IMG/VR virus record: IMGVR_UViG_3300025941_000667
Coordinates: 1 to 64,000 of that record
From: a virus
Direction: 5' to 3' (one strand)
DNA: 64,000 nt
Shown here piece after piece: positions 57,138 to 64,000 of the stretch. The notes under the pieces were generated by a model that saw only the letters and a list, made by a program, of their open reading frames with translations, was not told the origin of the DNA and did no database searches. Position numbers and translations under genes: made by a program. How positions within the stretch are numbered: position 1 is the stretch's first letter; every line of letters starts with the position of its first letter.

Positions 57138-59135
57138 TCAGAGTGTCCCGCCGCTTTCGAGGCCCGGACCACCCATCAGTCCGGGAGGAATCCTTTGGAG
57201 AGCCGGAGGTAACGGTTGCGCGGAGTGAATAGTTCCCATTGACGGGGGGCCTGCCACCGGAGGATTGACGGGCGCACCAACAGGGATACCCCCGGCAGGC
57301 GGTCCCCCGTTCTGTTGCTGAGCTTTTTGCATTTCCGCTTGCTGCTGTTGCTGCATCATCGCCAGCTGGACGCGCGCTTGTTGATCGGCTTGCATTTGGG
57401 CAGCTTTCTCAAATTCCTCTTCTGCATTGGGCACTTGCGCCACTTCCATCACCGTTATTGGGTGCATCCAGCCTTTATCTGCGAACCGTTCGTACATGGA
57501 AATCTTGGGCAGTTGCGCAACGGCTAAGGCGCTGAAGGGTTTAATCCGGAACGTAAAGTCATCGAACAGATGCTGGAGCATCCGAGTCTGCTCTTCTTCA
57601 GACCCAGCCATCGCTAGCTCACGAACCAGTTCCCCCCGCTGCCACAGCACCCGCTGTATTTCTTTCTCGTTCGAGAGCAAGAGCACCCGGTCGTCGCTGA
57701 AATACTGGAGAACCCGGCTAATCATGAGCTGACCAAGCCGGTTCAGCATGTCTTCCGCGACACGGGCTTGCAGGCGAATCGTGTACTGCGAGGCTAAGAG
57801 CAGCGAGTCGAGGGCAACACCGGAAGTAACACCTTCTGGCCGTTGGCCCTGCGTGACGGGCGTAACACCTGTAATTTGTTCGAGGAGCTTTTGCAGTAGT
57901 TCAATCGTCGAGAAGACGACGGTGCTCATTTGCGCCGGATTCACCTGTTCAAAGCGCATGTTCTTCGGAACTACCCACGCCCACCCAGGTCTGTCTCTCC
58001 ACTTCCGAAACTTATCCAGTTCAGGGGGTTCGAGAGCATCCTGTTCCATAATCCACGGTGGGTCATTCGCAAGTTTTGCATTGTGAACAACACCACTAAT
58101 CAACACATTGAGCGCAACTTGCATCGTTTCAACGGTGTCAATCTCGGAATCGCCATACGGATGCCCCATCTGGAGGCCCCAATCGAAGACTTCGAAAGGA
58201 AATCCGCCATCCCAGTTGACGTTGGGACCATCGTAGAGAATGACATCGCGCGACCAGACAATCACCCGCTTCCGAGGAAACAAGAAGTTTGGTTGAGAAC
58301 TATTCGGCATCGTCGGCTCAATGGGATGCACCGACGGATCACGAAAATAGCAGCGGAACTCTTCCGCGTAGGGGATGGCGGAATTGCGAAAATGCCGATG
58401 ATGCCCACGGCGGCCAGGGCGCACAAACGGGCGGGCGCCGATCGAGCCTAGATCGTCATCCTCCTCATCGCCCGGCAGTTCATACTGGGAGAGTCCCACG
58501 TCAGGGCGCACCCGATAGCCCGCCTCTCCATAGAGTTGACGGAAATCTGAGAGCGGGCGCACCTTGCGAATGATCCCATAGAGCGCATCGGTCTGGAGAT
58601 TCTCAGGATGCAGCAAGCCGCGATCTAAGAGCACGTCTTTTTGCTTCATGACGTCGAAGCGGACATTGCGCACGCGATGGTCCCACATACAGGTGACGGG
58701 AGCACTACCGTCGAGGCTTCCCATCGCCACCATATTTTTGAAAAGCCTCTGCATATTGTTCTCTTCCCACAAGGCAAGAGACACATCCTTCAACATGCTC
58801 GCAGTGGCCGAAAATTGATTTGAGCGGCTCACGACGTCGAGCTGAGGAACGGAGTCTGTGAGCATCGCAATTTTGCGTTCAAGATTCGAGCGGAAGAGAT
58901 TGACCACGACTCGCGCCCGATAATTGGCTTCGCCGCGTGACAAGAAGTGATTCGAAGACAAGAAATCAAAAGCCCTCTGCGTCCGTTCTGCTAACCCGAG
59001 TTCGCCCCGCCACGCGCGGGACTCATCAACAAGTCGGTCACAAAACTTGATGACCTTCCGATGGTCAGTTGTTACCTGAATCGGATCGACCTGGACCGGT
59101 GTGAGTTCGTCGAGAACGGATTCGAGAGATTCCAT
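57138..59135 (-). CDS. Portal protein (podovirus type)
   Basis: 665 aa; VVVNLFR, FPF...D....PYG, ITGV..V.QG..P.GVTSG.A; Q/P-rich tail. Confidence 0.88.
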   Translation of the reverse strand: MESLESVLDELTPVQVDPIQVTTDHRKVIKFCDRLVDESRAWRGELGLAERTQRAFDFLSSNHFLSRGEANYRARVVVNLFRSNLERKIAMLTDSVPQLDVVSRSNQFSATASMLKDVSLALWEENNMQRLFKNMVAMGSLDGSAPVTCMWDHRVRNVRFDVMKQKDVLLDRGLLHPENLQTDALYGIIRKVRPLSDFRQLYGEAGYRVRPDVGLSQYELPGDEEDDDLGSIGARPFVRPGRRGHHRHFRNSAIPYAEEFRCYFRDPSVHPIEPTMPNSSQPNFLFPRKRVIVWSRDVILYDGPNVNWDGGFPFEVFDWGLQMGHPYGDSEIDTVETMQVALNVLISGVVHNAKLANDPPWIMEQDALEPPELDKFRKWRDRPGWAWVVPKNMRFEQVNPAQMSTVVFSTIELLQKLLEQITGVTPVTQGQRPEGVTSGVALDSLLLASQYTIRLQARVAEDMLNRLGQLMISRVLQYFSDDRVLLLSNEKEIQRVLWQRGELVRELAMAGSEEEQTRMLQHLFDDFTFRIKPFSALAVAQLPKISMYERFADKGWMHPITVMEVAQVPNAEEEFEKAAQMQADQQARVQLAMMQQQQQAEMQKAQQQNGGPPAGGIPVGAPVNPPVAGPPSMGTIHSAQPLPPALQRIPPGLMGGPGLESGGTL

Positions 59136-59143
59136 GTTTTACT

Positions 59144-59278
59144 TTATGAAGCGAAGAAAAAGCGAAAGTAGAAGGCAAAAAAGGCATTGGGTGAGCCGCC
59201 ATAGAGCAAGAAACCAATTATAAAAGACAGAGCAAGGATGAGGACAAGCAAGGAAAGATTATTGGAATACTGCGGCAT
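59144..59278 (-). CDS. 44-aa membrane peptide (not in the ORF track)
   Basis: MPQYSNNLSLLVLILALSFIIGFLLYGGSPNAFFAFYFRFFFAS. Confidence 0.45.
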   Translation of the reverse strand: MPQYSNNLSLLVLILALSFIIGFLLYGGSPNAFFAFYFRFFFAS

Positions 59279-59279
59279 C

Positions 59280-59402
59280 TTAGTACGAAATTTCCTGGTG
59301 TTGCAAAGCAGGACGATTAAAAGGGTACGTCAATGCTAACAGCATCTCTAATAACCCTACGCCAAAGACGCCAATGTAAAGATACTGTATGGGCTTTTTC
59401 AC
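59280..59402 (-). CDS. 40-aa membrane peptide (not in the ORF track)
   Basis: GTGA overlap; MKKPIQYLYIGVFGVGLLEMLLALTYPFNRPALQHQEISY. Confidence 0.45.
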   Translation of the reverse strand: MKKPIQYLYIGVFGVGLLEMLLALTYPFNRPALQHQEISY

Positions 59403-59542
59403 AATCTGCCTGTCAATAACAACACCAAGGCCACTATCAGCAGCACACCAACAATGCCGCTCGGGAAGTATCCGTATTGATGGTACCCCCAGGTCGGTAG
59501 GCCGCCAAAAAGAAGAAGGATCAGAATGATGAGGAGTAACAT
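59399..59542 (-). CDS. DUF3309-like small membrane protein (47 aa; not in the ORF track)
   Basis: MLLLIILILLLFGGLPTWGYHQYGYFPSGIVGVLLIVALVLLLTGRL; TAATG coupling. Confidence 0.75.
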   Translation of the reverse strand: MLLLIILILLLFGGLPTWGYHQYGYFPSGIVGVLLIVALVLLLTGRL

Positions 59543-59889
59543 TATTCTTCAGACTCCTCTGGCGTAGTCATCACGTATATGGGCGAGGCCGGTTCTTGCG
59601 TATCCGGGAAAGCATTCAGGGTAGGATACGGCCCCAGCTTTTGGAAGGTGTGCGCGCGAGCTATCAGTGTCCCTAACGCATGTTTTCGGTCTCGTAAGCC
59701 TGCCATGCGGTCTAGTACGGAGGCATACTCCTCTTCGGACGGCGTACTCTCAAGCAAGGCAATCAGTTTCTGCAAATCTGCTTCAATCATGGCCTGCTCA
59801 GCTTCTGCCCCTTGCATAAACGCAGCAACATCAAAATTATCCATGGGCTCCTCCTTCGGCGGTTGGGGTTTTGGATGGCGTTTGCGCAT
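59542..59889 (-). CDS. Hypothetical helical protein
   Basis: AGGAGAGG SD; 115 aa. Confidence 0.55.
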   Translation of the reverse strand: MRKRHPKPQPPKEEPMDNFDVAAFMQGAEAEQAMIEADLQKLIALLESTPSEEEYASVLDRMAGLRDRKHALGTLIARAHTFQKLGPYPTLNAFPDTQEPASPIYVMTTPEESEE

Positions 59890-59903
59890 AGTGACACCTC
59901 TCC

Positions 59904-60179
59904 TTATTGCTTGATAAGAGCAGGAGCGTCAGCGATGTCAGCCATAATTGCTGTCGCCAATTCATCCATAATCCTTGGATACTTATCAAACTTATTGGCA
60001 GGATCAGCGCCAGCAAGAAGCAAGATGTGTTTCACCAGTGCACCAAAACCCAGAGCAACCATGTGTGGCTGTCTTTGCATAATGGCATACACAATCATGC
60101 CAACTTGACTACCAAATGAAAATAAATCTTCCCAGGTAAGGCCAAACATATAATTACCCGTTCCTCCAGTCTTGTTCAT
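59904..60179 (-). CDS. Hypothetical protein
   Basis: 91 aa; operon context. Confidence 0.5.
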   Translation of the reverse strand: MNKTGGTGNYMFGLTWEDLFSFGSQVGMIVYAIMQRQPHMVALGFGALVKHILLLAGADPANKFDKYPRIMDELATAIMADIADAPALIKQ

Positions 60180-60594
60180 ACTTCAAGACTTCTTCAGGTG
60201 GTTGCTCTTCTTGTTGTCCTGCTCCATTCACAAACTCTTTCGGGTGGAATATCCGCGGTTCCTTCACCTGCGCATTGACTTTGCTCCAGAGTCGCGTCGA
60301 TTGCTCTGTCACTACACCCAGCGTCTCATGCGCAAGCTGCGTCTCGTCAACCAAGGCTTTCAGCGCCGTGGTGTTTGCCGACTGGATCTCAGTCAAGAAA
60401 ACCTTGATACTGTCCTTCGAGACACGCAGCAGATCCTGCATATCCATGTTGGCCTTATACAGCGCCTCGACGGCTTCCCGGAGTGCTCGCGCCGTTGTGA
60501 GCGCTGTCGCCGCTAACCACAACGTACCGCCTATGCCAAGGCCCAAGACCAAGGCAAGGAGGAGATAACAGAGCATCACCAAGGATTCGGTCAC
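60154..60594 (-). CDS. N-terminal TM plus coiled-coil protein
   Basis: LVMLCYLLLALVLGLGIGGTLWL followed by heptads. Confidence 0.55.
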   Translation of the reverse strand: MTESLVMLCYLLLALVLGLGIGGTLWLAATALTTARALREAVEALYKANMDMQDLLRVSKDSIKVFLTEIQSANTTALKALVDETQLAHETLGVVTEQSTRLWSKVNAQVKEPRIFHPKEFVNGAGQQEEQPPEEVLKYEQDWRNG

Positions 60595-61572
60595 TTATGC
60601 CGCCTGGCGCGCAAAGTATTGCGCGCGAATCTGCTTCACGAGACTGACAAACTCTGCGGCGCCGCTGACTCGTTTCCCGGTCGCCAAAGCGCCACACCAT
60701 AGCTCATGATAGCGCTGCCCTTCGTGCGCATCTTCAATGCGACGGGTACAGTAACCACACATTCCTTCTGGCATTTCAAGCGGCGGCAAGGCTTCGTAAG
60801 GTACGGTAAACACCTCTTCCTCAAACTGCGGCAAGGACTCAGCGAGCGGCTTCCCGACCGCGCGCTTGCCACATTCAGCATGATATGCCTGACCATCGCG
60901 ACCGTTGATAATTGGCTTCTGACAACCTTTGCAAATCAATCCGCCTGACGGCGCTGCCAAAACAGTCCCGGCATTACGTCCCATTGTCTGACCACTACTA
61001 AACAGAACGCTCTTGACCCGTTGCATCGCTTCGGGTCGATAAATCGCTTGCTGAATAATCGCGAGCAGCGCAGGAAACTTGTTGACCTTAGTAATATCGC
61101 ACCAGGTCACGAATCGGCCACGCTCAGCGGCAGGCATAGCAGCAAGGATGGTATTCAGAGCGAGCATCTCATTCGAGACTTGCGGATCATCAAGTAAGGA
61201 ATTTTGCCAGAATTCCTGCTCCAGTTCGGTCATTTCAATCATGTGAGAAGGGCGAGTAGACATAAAAGGAATGACATTGGGGTCATCTTTTGTATCGTTG
61301 ATGATATGTAAGGTATGAAGATTGGGAGCGTCTCCGTGCACGGATGCCGCCCCCTCCTTCACCGATTGCGGGTCATCGCCGGCGTTGTACGGCGCTGACG
61401 ACTCCGCAGTCGTCGCAGCTACTGGCTCCTGCGCGTCCGAACGAGCACTCGGAGGCGCTAAGAGATCCGCAGTCTGCATCAGGGCTAACGCTTTATCTGT
61501 TTCTTGTTGTCGAGCAACCGCCATAACTTTTTCCTTTATTGCTGGTGGATGTCGGAGCTTTCGCTTTTTCAT
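60595..61572 (-). CDS. Hypothetical protein with two C-terminal CxxC..YH..C motifs
   Basis: CKGC...GQAYHAEC and CGYC...GQRYHELWC. Confidence 0.6.
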   Translation of the reverse strand: MKKRKLRHPPAIKEKVMAVARQQETDKALALMQTADLLAPPSARSDAQEPVAATTAESSAPYNAGDDPQSVKEGAASVHGDAPNLHTLHIINDTKDDPNVIPFMSTRPSHMIEMTELEQEFWQNSLLDDPQVSNEMLALNTILAAMPAAERGRFVTWCDITKVNKFPALLAIIQQAIYRPEAMQRVKSVLFSSGQTMGRNAGTVLAAPSGGLICKGCQKPIINGRDGQAYHAECGKRAVGKPLAESLPQFEEEVFTVPYEALPPLEMPEGMCGYCTRRIEDAHEGQRYHELWCGALATGKRVSGAAEFVSLVKQIRAQYFARQAA

Positions 61573-61618
61573 CGGGTGTTACCGTATGCCACATTAAGCA
61601 AAAGGCAAGGGACGAATA

Positions 61619-62650
61619 TCACTCTCTCCAGCTCTCCGTATCCGATTCCTCAAAACGATTCTGCCGCACACGTTCTAACTCTTTGCGCAGGAGCGCGGCG
61701 TCAACATTCACTGGCTGCACTTCGCGCGGCTGACGATTCTTCCCATATGGAGTAAACGGCAAACACAACGCCATATACTGAATACAGTCTTGCGTATGCG
61801 AGAATGCGCCCTTTTCCGGTTCTTCGCCGGCCCCATGCTTCGAGAACGCATAACCGCCCTGCATCCCATCAATAACGAGCGTACAGGTCGGATCAATCAA
61901 AAAGCCTGCGGTTCTTGGCCCTTCCCTTGAGGGAGGCGACCAATCCAGCCAATCGTTCACAATGTTGGTCCGGTTCAGAATCTTATTACTCGGCGCCAGC
62001 TGCAAGCGAATGCCATTTTGCCTAAAGATCTGTTCAGCTGTGCCCTGGCGCTGTACGGTTTCGTTGGCGATCGTCGGATCACCGACGTCGCGCCACGTCA
62101 CCCCAGGAAACTCGACATTACGAAACTCCTTGACGAGCTGAATGAATTGCCCAAGTCCGGAGACATTGTACTCTTGGTCTTGGTACGGACTCCTCGAGGA
62201 AGAGTTCGTCAAAAAGGCGCCGGCCATTTGCCGGGCTGCATAGATGTACAAATGTCGGTCCCAACACTGGCCGATCACTGCGGCATGGATGCCAATGTCC
62301 CAGCCACACCACATTTCAAGCCCTTTGTAATAGGTCAACGAAATTTTCCCTGGCGGATTATTCTGCGGCATGCGGGCAACATGCCAGGTGCTATCGAAGC
62401 TGGAATACACAGGACGACCGCCGAAGCTCTCAAAGTTGAGCTCCATTTCCTGCTCCCACGCCTGATCCGTGAAATCCTTCATGGTCTCGTGCATCCACGT
62501 CAGACTTCGATGCTCAGAATGGGCAGTGTAATGGAGAGCAAGCACCTCGACGCCATTGAATGGATTGACCCAGTTGGCGACACCCTGCATGGGAAGGTCA
62601 GCGTAATGGGGCACCTTGAGCTTGCCCATGTTGGCGATACGGTTAGGCAT
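61619..62650 (-). CDS. Terminase large subunit, C-terminal part (RNase H-like nuclease)
   Basis: WEQEMELNF, GRPVY..F, CGWDIG, VGDP, IDPTC..VIDGM.GGY, SHTQDCIQY; own AGGGAGG SD. Confidence 0.8.
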   Translation of the reverse strand: MPNRIANMGKLKVPHYADLPMQGVANWVNPFNGVEVLALHYTAHSEHRSLTWMHETMKDFTDQAWEQEMELNFESFGGRPVYSSFDSTWHVARMPQNNPPGKISLTYYKGLEMWCGWDIGIHAAVIGQCWDRHLYIYAARQMAGAFLTNSSSRSPYQDQEYNVSGLGQFIQLVKEFRNVEFPGVTWRDVGDPTIANETVQRQGTAEQIFRQNGIRLQLAPSNKILNRTNIVNDWLDWSPPSREGPRTAGFLIDPTCTLVIDGMQGGYAFSKHGAGEEPEKGAFSHTQDCIQYMALCLPFTPYGKNRQPREVQPVNVDAALLRKELERVRQNRFEESDTESWRE

Positions 62651-63390
62651 CAAAACGCCTCCCTCGTATGACTCACAGTCTTGTCGTTCACCACGTCACT
62701 CCAGAACGTTCCATTGATTGCGCTGCAAATGACCCTGACCTTGCCGCCACCCATCGTCGTGGGCAACATCGCCGTGTACGACCTTTCTTGCCATTCCCAA
62801 AAGCCGAACTCTTCGACATGCAGTAATGTCGCCCCTTCCTGCCGGAGATCGTCCGGCTTCTGGTTCAACGCGATAATCTTGCTGTTGGTCTCCTCGAACT
62901 CCAACACCGTCGCATTGCCTTCCTTCCCATGCCTCACGTAGATATGCGGCTTGGGCATCTCGCGCGGGAGGTGCTGATAGATGAAGAGACAACGCTGGAC
63001 GAGTTTGTCCGAGTCTGTTTGATCCTTGCTCGCGATGTAGACTTGAGCCGAGGGCGTCCACATCGCAGTATGGAGATCGAGGGCGCAGGCTGTCCAGGTC
63101 ACAATCATTCGTCGACTCTTCGGAATAGCCAGCACACGCCGAGGCGACAGATACTTATGGACAAAAATGACGATGAAATCTTCGCGAGGAATACGTCGAA
63201 TCGGGTTCTTGACGATCATCGGCCCATTGGGGTTCATGGGGTCTTGTACGTTTGTTGGATCTTCGGTCCAACAGGCTTGTGTGACAAACGAGACAGGATT
63301 GCGCAGCCAGCCAGTAATCACCGCGGACCACCAAGCTTGTGTCTGCGAGGAGTCCAGCGGCATTTGTCGGGGATAGGCAACAGCAACCAT
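62650..63390 (-). CDS. Terminase large subunit, N-terminal part (ATPase)
   Basis: Walker A-type IPKSRRMIVTW, Walker B LLHVEEFGF, motif III ICSA. Confidence 0.82.
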   Translation of the reverse strand: MVAVAYPRQMPLDSSQTQAWWSAVITGWLRNPVSFVTQACWTEDPTNVQDPMNPNGPMIVKNPIRRIPREDFIVIFVHKYLSPRRVLAIPKSRRMIVTWTACALDLHTAMWTPSAQVYIASKDQTDSDKLVQRCLFIYQHLPREMPKPHIYVRHGKEGNATVLEFEETNSKIIALNQKPDDLRQEGATLLHVEEFGFWEWQERSYTAMLPTTMGGGKVRVICSAINGTFWSDVVNDKTVSHTREAF

Positions 63391-63431
63391 AAGGCAAACA
63401 AAAGGCGAAAATGAAAAACAAAAAAAAAAGA

Positions 63432-63671
63432 CTACGGCTTCTTATCAGCAGGCCAGAGCAAGCGCGCAACATACAGAGAGGTGCGCCCTTCGTCATACTT
63501 GGCAACGACCTTTTCAGCATGGAGCTGTTCTGTCACGTCTTCGAGCCCGTGTTCATCATCATACTGTTGCAGCATGGATTGCACCTGTTGATACGCCTCC
63601 CGATGCGCGCCGTTGATGTGGCGCCGCAGGTTAATGGGGTGCACATCTTGTTTGCAGAATCGACACAGCAT
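63432..63671 (-). CDS. Small C2H2 zinc-finger protein
   Basis: CRFC....LRRHINGAH. Confidence 0.55.
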   Translation of the reverse strand: MLCRFCKQDVHPINLRRHINGAHREAYQQVQSMLQQYDDEHGLEDVTEQLHAEKVVAKYDEGRTSLYVARLLWPADKKP

Positions 63672-63672
63672 A

Positions 63673-63942
63673 CTACGACTTCCTATGCCTATCCCGCACC
63701 CGGTTCACCTTCTTCTCTGGGGCCGGAGCTTTCTGCGGCACGGGAATAGGCTTCATGGGGGCAGGCTCGCTAAACCGAATCGGAATCTCGCGAATGCCTT
63801 TGCGGGCGTTTTCCTCAATAACCTCAAGTGTCGCAAGCGCAGGCGCAAGGCCAAGCAAGGTAATCACCTGCTGAAGCCTGTGCTCCAATGCGGCTACTCG
63901 GTTGTAGGTCTCTTCGCTTTCAAACCAGCTACGTTCGGGCAT
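63673..63942 (-). CDS. Hypothetical protein (89 aa)
   Basis: Same orientation as the operon; coiled-coil N-terminus, basic tail. Confidence 0.45.
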   Translation of the reverse strand: MPERSWFESEETYNRVAALEHRLQQVITLLGLAPALATLEVIEENARKGIREIPIRFSEPAPMKPIPVPQKAPAPEKKVNRVRDRHRKS

Positions 63943-64000
63943 TTTATTTCGCCTTTCTCAATATCTCTCGCGCCGTCGACTCGCGCATTCCCTGATGATA

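Larger units (their letters stand above)
1..64000. mobile_element. Candidate phage/conjugative-element hybrid (podovirus morphogenesis plus P-type T4SS and relaxase); extends beyond both window edges
   Basis: Both modules have uninterrupted ORFs and converge with overlapping stop codons; no housekeeping genes in the window. Confidence 0.7.

Noticed and set aside
63413-63429. A-rich homopolymer tracts here and near 28603-28611 as phase-variation sites
   Set aside because: Both are intergenic T-tracts on the coding strand, more simply read as terminator or spacer sequence; no frame effect.
1-64000. CRISPR arrays, tRNA/rRNA genes, integrase, att sites, oriT, DGR reverse transcriptase, tail sheath or tape measure genes
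   Set aside because: None recognised by eye; the repeats seen are protein-coding. oriT, replication and terminase small subunit genes may lie outside the window.

Overview
This window holds two convergent modules that meet at 11077-11080, where their stop codons overlap by 4 bp. No integrase, att-like junction or host gene lies between them. (1) The + strand from 1 to about 11080 is a compact IncP/Tn4371-like conjugation region: the end of a TraF peptidase, a MOBP/VirD2-like relaxase, a TraG/VirD4 coupling protein, an RHH-like protein, then TrbB, C, D, E, J and L. The operon ends in a terminator without TrbF/G/I and is followed by three small accessory genes. (2) The - strand from about 64000 to 11077 is a long, tightly coupled podovirus-type morphogenesis region. 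It encodes a terminase large subunit split into two genes, portal, scaffold, major capsid protein, decoration-like proteins, three consecutive signal-peptide-bearing fibre/adhesin/lyase proteins, a DNA methyltransferase, three adaptor-like paralogs, a nozzle and ejection proteins. It also encodes a 3396-aa DarB-like polyvalent protein (SLT, DdrB-like ParB, SF2 helicase, N6-adenine MTase, MPN/JAB). The best reading is a single element that encodes both virions and conjugation, i.e. a candidate conjugative phage or phage-plasmid. The giant gene also contains a complete antisense HNH endonuclease cassette and a probable overprinted +1-frame gene. All family assignments come from motifs recognised by eye; no searches were run.
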